Source of the DNA: a bacterium
GTDB lineage: Bacteria; UBA8248
NCBI GenBank assembly: GCA_965261085.1
Contig: OZ253442.1
Location: 2,784,001-2,848,000 of the forward strand
Reading direction: 5' to 3'
Length of the DNA: 64,000 nt
Shown: positions 45,503 through 55,610 of the stretch, in pieces
Position numbering within the stretch: position 1 is the stretch's first letter
Layout of the letters: every line of letters starts with the position of its first letter
The notes under the pieces: generated by a model
The model's input: the letters and a program-made list of their open reading frames with translations, nothing else
Databases searched by the model: none
Told to the model about the DNA's origin: nothing
Position numbers and translations under genes: made by a program

Positions 45503-46438
45503 ATGGCGATGGACAACCCCCTAGACGCCGGCGACGCCTCCCGCTTCGATCAGGATTTGGACGAGCGCGGCCCCTCAGATTTACAACTGGCGCTGCGCGA
45601 TCTTTTAAAGCGGCCTCCGGCGCTCTTTGGAGTTTTCTGCATTATCATCACAATCCTTTGGGCTATCGTCCCCGGTCTTTTCTCGCCCCATGACCCCTTG
45701 TCTCAGGACCTGTTGCGTCACCTGAAGCCCCCGGGTTTCGTGGACGAAGCGGGCAACACTTATTGGCTCGGCACGGACCGGCTCGGGCGCGACATCTTGA
45801 GCCGAATCATCTGGGGCTCGCGTGTCTCACTCGCTGTGGGCTTTGCCGCCGTCTTTATAAGCGGTTTTATCGGGGTAGCAACGGGACTCGTTGCGGGCTA
45901 CTACGGGGGCAAAATTGACGCCGTGATCAGCAGGGTTGTAGACACCGCCCTCGCGATTCCGTTCGTCCTGCTCGCGATATCCATCATTGCGATCCTGGGA
46001 GCAAGCCTCCAGAACATCGTTCTCGCCATCTCCCTAAGGACGTGGACCGTCTACACGAGGGTGGTACGCGGAGGGGTCTTCGCATTAAAAGATACCGACA
46101 TGGTCACGGGAGCAAAATCCGCCGGCTGCAGCACCGCCCGGATCATGATCATTTATCTCCTTCCCAACGTATTTTCTTCCTGCATCGTGGTGGCCACCAT
46201 TTATCTGGGCCGTATGATCATCATCGAATCCTCTTTTTCCTTCCTGGGCATGGGCGTGCCCCCCCCGACCCCGACCTGGGGCGGGATGCTCGCCGAGGGC
46301 CGCGGATTCCTCGACACCGCCTGGTGGCTCACCCTCTTTCCCGGCGTGACGCTCACGCTGACCGTATTAGGAGTCAATCTCCTGGGGGATTGGCTTCGGG
46401 ATGTGCTCGACCCCAGGATGAAGCGCCTGGACGACTAG
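45503..46438 (+). CDS. Peptide ABC permease (DppC/OppC-like)
   Basis: LGTDRLGRDILSRIIWGSRVSL, SFLGMGVPPPTPTWG, GDWLRDVLDP; ATG 45503 after GGAGG. Confidence 0.93.
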   Translation: MAMDNPLDAGDASRFDQDLDERGPSDLQLALRDLLKRPPALFGVFCIIITILWAIVPGLFSPHDPLSQDLLRHLKPPGFVDEAGNTYWLGTDRLGRDILSRIIWGSRVSLAVGFAAVFISGFIGVATGLVAGYYGGKIDAVISRVVDTALAIPFVLLAISIIAILGASLQNIVLAISLRTWTVYTRVVRGGVFALKDTDMVTGAKSAGCSTARIMIIYLLPNVFSSCIVVATIYLGRMIIIESSFSFLGMGVPPPTPTWGGMLAEGRGFLDTAWWLTLFPGVTLTLTVLGVNLLGDWLRDVLDPRMKRLDD

Positions 46439-46513
46439 CGCACCCGCAGATGTAGCTGATCTGTCTCCTATATTTGAACTTTTTTCGGCTCCCAAATAAT
46501 GGAAAGGGAAATC

Positions 46514-47536
46514 ATGACAAGAATTTTTGTGCCTCAACCGATTCCGGAGGTCGCAGCCGCTGAACTCGATAAACTGGGCGAGGTGACCACATATCCACAT
46601 GTTGACCGCATGATTCCAGAATCAGAGCTGCTGGAAGCCGTGCGCGACAAACACATACTGTTCGGCATAGGGGAGATCCCCTTTAACGAGCAGGTGTTCG
46701 ACGCGGCGAAAGAGTTGCAGTTTGTCTCCGTTATGCATGGGTCAGCGAAGTTCATTGATTTCGCAGCGGCGACGCGCCGCAACATTCCGGTCTCGGGGCA
46801 AAAAAGCATGACCCAAAAAACAACAGCGGAATTCACATTCGCTCTTTTGATGGCGACGGCGTGGCGATTGCCGGAGGCGGATACATTCCTCCGAGAGGAT
46901 CGCTGGCGGCAGAATCAGTCGATGGCTTTCATGGGTACGCGCCTCTTCGGCAAGACACTCGGAATCGTCGGGATGGGCCGAATCGGGCAACTGGTGGCGC
47001 GCAAAGCCGCCGCTTGCGATATGCGCATTACCTACAACAAGCGCACCCCCCTGAGCCCGGCGGAGGAATTTGTTCTCGGTTCAGCCGAATTTCGCACCCT
47101 TGACGATTTGTTTACCGAAGCGGATTTCATCGCATTAACCCCGGCGCTCACCAAAGACACGGTGGGTCTCATCGATGAACACCTTATCTCTCTCATGAAG
47201 CCGAGCGCCATTCTGATTAACACTTCGCGCGGACTAGTTTTGGACGAGGCGGCCCTGGAGAAAGCCCTGAGAGAAAAGCGAATTCGGGGCGCCGGGCTGG
47301 ACGTCTATCATACCGAGGTTCCCGAGCCCAATCCGGGGCCGATAGCGGGGCTCAAGAGCCTTCCGAATGTCGTTCTTACGCCGCACATAGGCAGCGCGGG
47401 CCGCGAGACGCGCGAGGAGATGGCCTTGCGTACGGTGATGAATATCGATCGCTTCATCGCCGGAAAGCGGCCGTATGATGTCTTTAACCCCGAAATTTAT
47501 GGCGAGGCGGCCATTACGGACGAGGTCATCGGATAG
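46514..47536 (+). CDS. D-isomer 2-hydroxyacid dehydrogenase (glyoxylate reductase-like)
   Basis: GIVGMGRIG, LINTSRG, GLDVY..E, TPHIGS. Confidence 0.92.
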   Translation: MTRIFVPQPIPEVAAAELDKLGEVTTYPHVDRMIPESELLEAVRDKHILFGIGEIPFNEQVFDAAKELQFVSVMHGSAKFIDFAAATRRNIPVSGQKSMTQKTTAEFTFALLMATAWRLPEADTFLREDRWRQNQSMAFMGTRLFGKTLGIVGMGRIGQLVARKAAACDMRITYNKRTPLSPAEEFVLGSAEFRTLDDLFTEADFIALTPALTKDTVGLIDEHLISLMKPSAILINTSRGLVLDEAALEKALREKRIRGAGLDVYHTEVPEPNPGPIAGLKSLPNVVLTPHIGSAGRETREEMALRTVMNIDRFIAGKRPYDVFNPEIYGEAAITDEVIG

Positions 47537-48059
47537 CCGAGGAGACGATTGTTTTACTTCCGGGAACCCTTGCGTCTTGAAATAATTGGATCTCCGCCAT
47601 GTCTACAACCTGTGGGTGGCGAATTAGTAATTCCACATAAAATCAATCACTTCTTCGTCTCTCCAAAGAAGGCTCGATGTTCACTCACTATTATGCACAA
47701 CAGAGTTGCACTGCCGGTCGAGCGTCCTTTGTTCATCATTGAATAAAAAGGCGCGCCGATTAATAAAGAGGGAATGATCCAACGATATCGTTCCAGGATG
47801 AGTGCTACATCAAAGGGACATCACCCTACTTGAATTTCTATCGTTACTTTGCAAAGTTTCTTTGTCGCCATTTGGCTGAGGTAGATGCACCACGTCCCGT
47901 CCATATGTCACGTTTTGCGATCGGCAAGCCCAACACAAACTGTGTTTGGATTCGGATTGACAAAGATTGGACATATCGGAAATTGGCCCCGTTAATTGGC
48001 GAACATCAATACGCCGCACACGGTGGCCTCTCGTTGTATATGGTGACCGAAAGGAACTA

Positions 48060-48322
48060 CCTCTCCACGCTCACGCCAACCGAGGGCGAGATCTGCGCCC
48101 GTGGCAGGCCGAAACCGTGACAGCGCCGAAGAATGTCACGTATAGCCATCATGTCGGTTCTCTTCATCGAGCCTTGTCTCCTCTCTTCAATCGACGGATC
48201 GATGAGGCAGAGCCGTGAGAGGTTCGGCGCGCCCAGGAACGTGGATTCCGTTGCGGCCTGACAGCCGGCTGGCCCGTGCCGGAAACCCGGCCCCGGATGG
48301 CCAAATCCGTCCGGATTTCGCA
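48060..48322 (-). mobile_element. IS21-family left-end remnant with truncated istA
   Basis: TG-starting end TGCGAAATCCGGACGGATTTGGCCA with CCGG-rich repeats, then MKRTDMMAIRDILRRCHGFGLPRAQISPSVGVSV (IstA-like HTH), cut short. Confidence 0.65.
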
Positions 48323-48324
48323 CT

Positions 48325-48354
48325 TTGACACATCAAATATGCGCCTGATAACAT
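48325..48354 (+). promoter_or_regulatory. Candidate sigma70 promoter for the liv-type operon
   Basis: TTGACA-N18-TAACAT with TGn before the -10 box. Confidence 0.55.
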
Positions 48355-48429
48355 AAAGGCATTAACTGCCAGTTGATGAAATATGGAAGTTTCAATGCGC
48401 TAGTCAATCTCTAAAATAGGGGGTTCAAG

Positions 48430-49614
48430 ATGCGCGACTCAATCTCTATCAGGCGGCGGCTTCAAATTACCGTAACCGCTGTAGTATTCGGTTTGGCAGC
48501 CGTAGTTATTGCGCCCTTTGGCGATCGCGCCGAGGCAGCGAAAGTATTGCGGCTGGGCGTACTCGGCCCGCTTACCGGCGATCTTGCGTTCGGTGGTCAA
48601 TTCCAGCTCAAGGGGGCCCAACTGCAGGCCGAATTGCTGAACAAGATGCAGAACAAGATCAAGATCGAGATCATCGCCGAGGATGATGAATCCAAATGTG
48701 ATGTCTCGGTCTCGGCTGCACGCAAGCTGATCGCGCGTGACAAGGTTCATGCGCTCCTCGGCGCATGGCAGAGCACTTGTACGCTCGCTATCGTTCCGAT
48801 CACTGCAGCGGCGAAAATTCCGCAATATACAACGAGTGTTGCGGGGCCGATTACCCAACAGGGTTCCAAGTGGATCTTCCGGGTTGCCGTTCCGACCAAG
48901 GGCCTGAATATAGCAACCATCACTTACGCCGTTAAGAAACTTGGTCTGAAAAAGGTTGCCATCCTTTCGTCCAATGAGGAGGTCGGAAAATCCTTTTCCG
49001 CCAGTACCGTCGCTGCATTGAAAACGCATGGGCTCAAGCCCGTAACAAGACAGGAATATGCGCGTGGCGACAAGGACTTCACGGGCCAACTCGGCCGTAT
49101 CAAGGCCACGGGCGCAGATGCCATCATTATGGCGACGGGTTTCCAGGAGCAGGCTATCATTGCCCGCCAGGTGAAAGAACTCGGCATGAAGGTTCGGCTT
49201 CTCGGTGGCGATACCATTGGCGGGAATCCGAAGTTCGTTGACCTCGGCGGCAAGCACGTAGAGGGATTGGTGTTCGCCACGACCTTTATCCCCGTAAGTT
49301 CCGACAAGCGTCTGGCGCCCTTCATGAAGGCCTACATTGCGAAATTCAATGAACGTCCCGACCCTTGGGCCGGCGAGTTCTATGATGCGGTGGGTCTGAT
49401 ATTCGAAGCGGTCAAAGCCAACGGCTACGTCCCCGACAGCAAACAGATAGGCGCGTTTACGCGCAATCTCACCAGCGCGAAAAACAGCTACAGCGGTATC
49501 TTGGGCAACGTCTATTTTGATAAAACCGGAGACGGCGCCTGGGAGCCGATAATCGGGGAAATTGTCGATACCAAGAATGCCAACGGAGAATTTTGGCGGT
49601 CTCTCGGTCGATAG
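48430..49614 (+). CDS. Branched-chain amino acid-type ABC substrate-binding protein (LivK-like)
   Basis: Signal peptide, LGVLGPLTG, EDDES, WIFR, DFTGQL, FYDAV, FDKTGD. Confidence 0.92.
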   Translation: MRDSISIRRRLQITVTAVVFGLAAVVIAPFGDRAEAAKVLRLGVLGPLTGDLAFGGQFQLKGAQLQAELLNKMQNKIKIEIIAEDDESKCDVSVSAARKLIARDKVHALLGAWQSTCTLAIVPITAAAKIPQYTTSVAGPITQQGSKWIFRVAVPTKGLNIATITYAVKKLGLKKVAILSSNEEVGKSFSASTVAALKTHGLKPVTRQEYARGDKDFTGQLGRIKATGADAIIMATGFQEQAIIARQVKELGMKVRLLGGDTIGGNPKFVDLGGKHVEGLVFATTFIPVSSDKRLAPFMKAYIAKFNERPDPWAGEFYDAVGLIFEAVKANGYVPDSKQIGAFTRNLTSAKNSYSGILGNVYFDKTGDGAWEPIIGEIVDTKNANGEFWRSLGR

Positions 49615-49629
49615 CGTTTACTTGCAGCT

Positions 49630-49665
49630 CACGGCAGTCCGGTTGCTTGCAACGGGACTGCCGTG
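49630..49665 (+). terminator. Stem-loop after the SBP gene (terminator or mRNA stabiliser)
   Basis: CACGGCAGTCC-G-GTTGC-TT-GCAAC-G-GGACTGCCGTG followed by GGTGGTTTT. Confidence 0.6.
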
Positions 49666-49709
49666 GGTGGTTTTCGGTCCGGCGACTTGAGGGTTGATGG
49701 CCTCATCGC

Positions 49710-50000
49710 TTGAAGATCGGCGCGACAACTGTCAATCACGGGTGGTGCGTTACGTTCCAATTGCCCGAGGTCACCATGCCGAGCAACCTGTTCCAGAAAA
49801 TTTCCGCCTTGATTGATAACCTGCGACTAAAACCCGCCCCGGCGTAGGCCGAGGAAATCCGCGGCGAGGCAAAACGACGGAAGAGGTGTCTGGATGACGA
49901 GAAAACTGGCCGAATAGGCTTCGTAACACGCCCAGATCACCAAAATCAGACCGCCGGATGCCGGCGGTGGAGACCCCATCCCAGCGGTAGTGAAATTCGG
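49710..50000 (+). mobile_element. IS1380-family remnant (transposase C-terminus and probable right end)
   Basis: 49710-49847 reads LKIGATTVNHGWCVTFQLPEVTMPSNLFQKISALIDNLRLKPAPA*, resembling the IS1380 transposase tail KIGAKVVRHGRYVTFQLAEVA..R.LF..IL..I..LRP.PAP. Right boundary approximate. Confidence 0.7.
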
Positions 50001-50070
50001 GTATGATCACCACGGAATTGAAGGTTACCCGAGGAATGCAGGATCAATACAAACGACGCGGAACGGTGAA

Positions 50071-52029
50071 ATGGGGATAGATTTACATATCGTCACGCAG
50101 CAGGTTGTCGGCGGGCTGGCGGTCGGCTGCGTTTATGCCCTGATCGCTCTTGGCTTCACGATGATGTTGCGGGCCACCGAGCTCGTCAACTTTGCACAGG
50201 GCGAACTGGTGATGTCAGGCGCCTTCATCGGATATACCCTCTTGGTAGCAACACCGCTGCCGTATTTAGCCGTATTCATCTTAGCGAGCATCTTGACGGG
50301 CATTCTGGGCATGCTGATCGAGCGCGTAGCCCTGCGCCCGATACGACTGCGACAATCGCCGCTCTTGAATTTGATTATCGCAACAATTGGGATTGGGATA
50401 TGCCTTCGACTGGTCTCGCAGCTAATATGGGGGGCCGCGCCGCTGCGTTATCCGGTATCCGTTGGCCAAGTAGGCCATCTTGTCGTGGCCGGGCTGCCAA
50501 TGAGCATTCAGCATATTTGGATTATCGCCCTTGCCATCCTTGCCATGCTCGGCCTGCATTTCTTCTTTGAGCGAACACTTTCCGGCATCGCGTGGCGGGC
50601 GTCGGCATATGACTCATACACGGCGGAAATTCTAGGTGTAAGTTTTGATCGCGTCGTCACGATGACTTTTGGCATCAGTTCCATGTTGGCAGGCGCCGCC
50701 GGCGTCCTCGTCGCACCATTGTTTTTTGTCGCGCAGGACCTTTGGCTGCAGGGACCCCGCTCATTCGCCGCTGCGGCACTGGGGCAGTTTCACATACTCG
50801 GTACGATGATTGGCGGTCCCATACTAGGCCTCCTGGAGACTTTCGCTGCGGGTTACATTTCATCCGCGTACAAGAACGGGATTGCCTTTGGCATCACCAT
50901 CATTGTGCTGATGCTCGTAGCGATTCCTCGAATGCCGCGTGGCGGGAGCTTGGTGTTCAGATACGGACGGCAATCAATAGCGGACTTGTTTGAGTTGAAC
51001 GATAAGCAAGCCGCCCATCTCAGGTACGGCATAATCGCCGCGCTCGGTGTCATCGCCTTTCTGCTGCCGTTGCTATTCGATACATATGAGATCTACCTCG
51101 TCACGCTCATCCTGATCTATGCCACGGCCGCCCTCGGACTGCAGCTCGTAATCGGATACGCCGGCGCCATCATCGTCGGTCATGCGGCGTTCCTGGGAAT
51201 TGGCGCCTACACTTCGGCGATCTTGACCGTACACTTTGGCGTTCCATTCCTCCCCGCAATCATTGCGGCGGCGATTGTCGCCGCAGTGTTCGGATTGCTA
51301 TTCGGGCCGATATTGAGACTACCGACCCACTTCTGCGCCATCGCAACCCTGGGTTTTGGCGAGATCATGCATCTCGTGTTCATCAACTGGAAAGACGTAA
51401 CAAACGGGATGTCGGGCATTAGCGGTATTCGAAAACCGTCCATCGGTTCCTATGTGTTCGAGGAAGGAGCACCCTTCTATTTTCTGACGATAGCCGTACT
51501 GGTGATCGTCTTCGTGGCGTTACAGCGCCTGATAACGTCACGTTATGGCCGTGGATTGATCGCGGCCCGAGAGAACGAGCTGGCTGCGATCTCCATGGGA
51601 GTGAATGTTGCATGGTACCGGACACTCTCCATCTGCATCGGCGCCGGTTGCGCCGGGATTGCAGGTTCTCTGTATGCCCACTTCTTCTCCTACATCAGTC
51701 CGGATTCCTTCACGATCCTGCAGTCGATCGCATTTCTTACGATGGTCGTGCTTGGCGGTCTTGGTAGCTTTGCCGGTGCCATTATCGGGGCGTTCTTCGT
51801 CCTTGGCGTTCCGGAAATACTGCGTAATCTTGCGGAGTATCGAATCCTGATCTTCGGGCTGCTTCTGATCGTGTTCATGATGTTCTTGCCGGGGGGACTG
51901 GCGGACCTCGGCCACCGATTGCTATCCACATTTAGACGGAAGGAAGGAACCCCTGAAGTCTCGGTTGCCAGTTCGGAAACAAACGAAATCTTGGCCGCCA
52001 ATCCGGTGAAAAACAATGTCAATTCTTAA
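50071..52029 (+). CDS. Fused LivH-LivM ABC permease
   Basis: GCVYALIALGF..VNFAQGE (LivH half) and GHAAFLGIGAY, ATLGFGEI, RENELAA..GV, VVLGG, PGGL (LivM half). Confidence 0.92.
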   Translation: MGIDLHIVTQQVVGGLAVGCVYALIALGFTMMLRATELVNFAQGELVMSGAFIGYTLLVATPLPYLAVFILASILTGILGMLIERVALRPIRLRQSPLLNLIIATIGIGICLRLVSQLIWGAAPLRYPVSVGQVGHLVVAGLPMSIQHIWIIALAILAMLGLHFFFERTLSGIAWRASAYDSYTAEILGVSFDRVVTMTFGISSMLAGAAGVLVAPLFFVAQDLWLQGPRSFAAAALGQFHILGTMIGGPILGLLETFAAGYISSAYKNGIAFGITIIVLMLVAIPRMPRGGSLVFRYGRQSIADLFELNDKQAAHLRYGIIAALGVIAFLLPLLFDTYEIYLVTLILIYATAALGLQLVIGYAGAIIVGHAAFLGIGAYTSAILTVHFGVPFLPAIIAAAIVAAVFGLLFGPILRLPTHFCAIATLGFGEIMHLVFINWKDVTNGMSGISGIRKPSIGSYVFEEGAPFYFLTIAVLVIVFVALQRLITSRYGRGLIAARENELAAISMGVNVAWYRTLSICIGAGCAGIAGSLYAHFFSYISPDSFTILQSIAFLTMVVLGGLGSFAGAIIGAFFVLGVPEILRNLAEYRILIFGLLLIVFMMFLPGGLADLGHRLLSTFRRKEGTPEVSVASSETNEILAANPVKNNVNS

Positions 52030-52795
52030 GGTAGATGATCTGACCGTGAATTATGGTGCGCTTACGGCTCTCTCAAGTGTATCGCTCGAAATTGACAATG
52101 GTGAGATACATGGTCTGATTGGTCCCAACGGATCGGGAAAGACGACTCTTTGCAACGCGATTACGGGGTTTCTGCGCCAAAAATCGGGAGAGGTCGTCTT
52201 TAACGGCCAGAACATTAGCTCGACCAAGGCATACAATATGGCCGGCCTGGGTATTTCGCGCACCTTTCAAGACCTTCAAGTGTTTTCGGAGATGACGGGG
52301 CTCGAGAACGTCATGATCGGTTATCATGGCAAGAGCCGAAGCGGTGTTATCGGCGGGGTCTTTCGCCCGCCCCGGGTCGTGCGGGAAGATTCGGAAATCA
52401 GAGACAGGGCGTATGAGGCGCTTGAATCCGTGCGCCTCGCTCATCTTGCTAACCGGCCGGCAAACCGGATGTCGTTTGGACAACAACGCATGTTGGAGCT
52501 TGCGCGCGCTCTGGTTTCCGATCCGCTGCTCGTCCTGTTGGACGAGCCGGCAGCGGGTTTAAGTCCGGTGATGTACGAGCGTCTCACCGAAATCCTGGGT
52601 AACCTGCGATCTCGCGGGAAGACGAGCATATTGCTGATTGAGCATGTCATCCGCCTGGTGATGAGCATTTCCGACCGGATCACGGTTCTTGATCACGGCG
52701 AGAAGATCGCCGAGGGGACGCCCGAGGTCGTTCGCAAGGATCCGAATGTAATCGAGGCCTATCTGGGCAAGGCGATGAAGTATGTTGACGCTTGA
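52016..52795 (+). CDS. livG: Branched-chain ABC ATPase LivG-like
   Basis: GPNGSGKT, RTFQ, LLDEPAAGL, IEH, VIEAYLG. Confidence 0.92.
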   Translation: MSILKVDDLTVNYGALTALSSVSLEIDNGEIHGLIGPNGSGKTTLCNAITGFLRQKSGEVVFNGQNISSTKAYNMAGLGISRTFQDLQVFSEMTGLENVMIGYHGKSRSGVIGGVFRPPRVVREDSEIRDRAYEALESVRLAHLANRPANRMSFGQQRMLELARALVSDPLLVLLDEPAAGLSPVMYERLTEILGNLRSRGKTSILLIEHVIRLVMSISDRITVLDHGEKIAEGTPEVVRKDPNVIEAYLGKAMKYVDA

Positions 52796-53486
52796 GAATA
52801 TCTGGGCCTCGTATGGCCCCGTACAGGTACTGAGCGGGGTCTCGCTCGATGTTCCCGCCGGCAAGGTCATTACCCTGCTTGGCGGTAATGGCTCGGGAAA
52901 ATCGACAACATTGAAAACGATCGTTGGCGCCGTTAAGGCGAGCGCCGGCAGCATTCGATTCGAGGATAAGGAAATTTGCGGTATGGAACCTCGTGAAATC
53001 GTTCCAATGGGCATTTCTCTCGTGCCACAGGGGCGCCGCATCTTCGCGCCACTGACGGTTATGGAGAACCTGAGGCTCGGCGCTTACGCGCGGCGCCGCC
53101 AAAAGAAATCGAAAGATGATTTCGAGTCAATCTACGAACGGTTTCCGGAGGTTCGCCAATGGCTGAGGCGCAAGGGCAATACGCTCAGTGTCGGACAACA
53201 GCAGCTCGTCGCATTTGGACGCGGTCTGATTTCGCAGCCGAAGCTTCTCTTGCTTGATGAACCTTCGTCGGGACTTGCGCCGATCCTTGTCGAGCGCCTG
53301 GGTGAAATCATCATGAAACTGAAGGAGGCCGGAATGACGATTCTTCTGGTCGAGCAAAATGTCCATCTGGCGCTCTCGGTCGCTGACTTCGGGTACATTT
53401 TGCGCGACGGCAAGATCTCCATGGCCGGGCCCACCGCCAATCTTATCGGTGACGGTGACCTGATACGCCACTACCTCGGGGGATAA
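52782..53486 (+). CDS. livF: Branched-chain ABC ATPase LivF-like
   Basis: GGNGSGKST, VPQGRRIF, LLLDEPSSGLAP, LVEQN. Confidence 0.92.
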   Translation: MLTLENIWASYGPVQVLSGVSLDVPAGKVITLLGGNGSGKSTTLKTIVGAVKASAGSIRFEDKEICGMEPREIVPMGISLVPQGRRIFAPLTVMENLRLGAYARRRQKKSKDDFESIYERFPEVRQWLRRKGNTLSVGQQQLVAFGRGLISQPKLLLLDEPSSGLAPILVERLGEIIMKLKEAGMTILLVEQNVHLALSVADFGYILRDGKISMAGPTANLIGDGDLIRHYLGG

Positions 53487-53605
53487 AATTTCCGGAACCG
53501 CGTGTTGCGACCGATGCGAGACGACAACGGCGCCATCCGAAAGCGAAATGCGAGTGATCCTGTGACAAGCGGTTGTCACGAGTCTCAAGATAGGAGAATC
53601 CGAGT

Positions 53606-54847
53606 ATGCCCAGAACAATACAAGATCCGAGACTGCCTCCGCCATCAGGACCTTACTGTTACGCGTTTCGGGCGGGGAATTACATCTTTCTTGGCGGGAT
53701 GCCGGGCATCACGACGGAAGCGTTGATGGTCGATGGCATCCCGAATGGCCGAATGGCCGGAGAAACGCCCGGTCGGGCAGATATGGAAGCCCAGACACGC
53801 CAGGCCATAGAGGCCCTGAAACTCGCCGTTGAGATCGCCGGTGGTCAATGGAGTGACGTTCTTCGGCTAAATCATTTCCTCGACAGTTGGAGAGAGGTCG
53901 GGCCATTTGTCAAAGCGTACGAGAAATACCGTACCCCCGCCGTACCGGCTGACACGCTCGTCGGCTACGGCCTCTATATGCCGTCGATGATCATGGAAAT
54001 CGAAGGGCTGGCCGGCGCCGTAGAAACCAAACCACTCTTGCCTGTCGGGGAGCAGGCGCATGAGTATGCGCCGTCCAGTACCGGCAGGAGGATGGGCGAC
54101 TTGTTGTGCCTGAGTGCGCGGCTACCGATCGACGCCAAGGGTGAGGTCGTCTCGCCGGGGAACTCGAAGGCGCAGACCGAGGCTATTCTCGAGGGGCTTG
54201 GAGAAGTATTGTCGGAAAACGGCGGATCCTTAGGGGACATCATTCGCCTGCGGGTTTTTGTTCGTGACACGAGAGACGTGGAGGCGGTCGAAGCGGCAAT
54301 CGCCAACGCTTTTGCGGATCCGGGACCGGTCACGACGATCGTGACGGCGCCTTTGCCGATTCTCAAAACCGACGTAATGATAGAGCCGACCGCATACCTT
54401 GGTGAGAAGGAATATCGGACGGGACCGGGAAACGCCCGAGGCGTTTTGGCCGGTGAGTTGATGATCTCCAACGGAATCCTCAGCGTGGATGGCGAAGGTG
54501 GCGTGCGCGATCCCGGTGACATCCAGAAGCAGACGCGAAACGTCCTCGCCAACGTGGAACATCTTCTGAAGGAGTTCGACATGGAGGTGCCGGACGTCAC
54601 GCAATCCCAGGTGACGCTGACCGATTTCCGCGACTATGACGCCTACAACGCCCTTTACAGGAACTTCTTCGCCTTTCCGTTCCCCGCCAGGAACTCGGTC
54701 GAAGCCGCATTGGGGAAAATTTCGCATTACGGCTTGAAGTATCAGATCGAGGTTTCGGCAATCCGCAATGCCTCGAAAGAGGGGCTGGTCGTGACAGCCG
54801 CGGACAGTTACTACTTCAGGCGCATCGAAATGGAAGGCGGAGCGTAA
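53606..54847 (+). CDS. RidA/YjgF-family protein with three tandem domains
   Basis: Three Rid units (GPY..AFRAGNYIFLGG..AQTRQA; RMGDLLCLSA..AQTEAI..; GELMISNG..KQTRNVLAN..FPARNS), each ending in an xIE motif. Confidence 0.8.
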   Translation: MPRTIQDPRLPPPSGPYCYAFRAGNYIFLGGMPGITTEALMVDGIPNGRMAGETPGRADMEAQTRQAIEALKLAVEIAGGQWSDVLRLNHFLDSWREVGPFVKAYEKYRTPAVPADTLVGYGLYMPSMIMEIEGLAGAVETKPLLPVGEQAHEYAPSSTGRRMGDLLCLSARLPIDAKGEVVSPGNSKAQTEAILEGLGEVLSENGGSLGDIIRLRVFVRDTRDVEAVEAAIANAFADPGPVTTIVTAPLPILKTDVMIEPTAYLGEKEYRTGPGNARGVLAGELMISNGILSVDGEGGVRDPGDIQKQTRNVLANVEHLLKEFDMEVPDVTQSQVTLTDFRDYDAYNALYRNFFAFPFPARNSVEAALGKISHYGLKYQIEVSAIRNASKEGLVVTAADSYYFRRIEMEGGA

Positions 54848-54859
54848 ACCGAGGGTCTG

Positions 54860-55020
54860 GTCTACGAGCAACTGATGTGGGCGACGGCGGGGGCGGACTA
54901 CAGGGCCGCGAGCGGCAGTTGTCCTTCGCGGCGGGCGAAACCGAGAAGACAGTGGCGGCCCACGGCGATGGGGCGGGCGAGGAGGAACCACCACGGCTCA
55001 GGCTCATCTCCACCAACCCG
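54860..55020 (+). pseudogene. Calx-beta domain relic (fragment of an adhesin-like gene)
   Basis: ATAGADYRAASGS, frameshift, LSFAAGETEKTV..DGAGEEE..LRLISTNP. Confidence 0.7.
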
Positions 55021-55538
55021 GACTCCGCCCCATGCTCATGCTTCGCACGGGACGTCCGCAACCTCGGCAAGGTGTTGTGGGTCGTGCGGTGGGTGTGAAT
55101 ACCAGACACCGATACAGCAAGGGCCCGGAGCCGTCGCCATGATGGTGTGAGCGCCCACGGATTTTCCCCTTTCCCATGGATCGTACATATGCCTTTTTCG
55201 CCCGGTAGACGCGGAGAGGCGTTTTTCGCGGAGATAAGATCCTTCTATCCCTTTGATACTGTTGGGCTACATGCATTATCCCCATTCTCGTTTGGAATCC
55301 AGCTTCCGCAATATGTAATCAAAACGAAAGCGGATTCATTAAAACTTCAGCGCATTCCGGCGAATCCATGTCGGTTCATTACGTGGCCCTCATCCAATGT
55401 CCGGCCCGCAACGGCCTGCTTGCGGTCATGCTCCGGCGCCCGGCAACGTATATTCAGGAAGCACCGGTTCGCGCCACATGACGGCGTTTGATTCGCTCAC
55501 GCGGCCAGGAATCGTTGTTGGGACAAGTCAATTTTCGG

Positions 55539-55567
55539 TTGACAAGAACGGGAACGAGACCTATATT
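55539..55567 (+). promoter_or_regulatory. Near-consensus sigma70 promoter of the iclR gene
   Basis: TTGACA-N17-TATATT. Confidence 0.75.
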
Positions 55568-55579
55568 TATTAAAATATA

Positions 55580-55605
55580 AGAAATAATTTCTCTATATGT
55601 GAGAA
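55580..55605. promoter_or_regulatory. Overlapping palindromes, candidate IclR operator
   Basis: AGAAATAATTTCT and TTCTC-tatatgt-GAGAA between the promoter and the start codon. Confidence 0.45.
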
Positions 55606-55610
55606 GTTAA

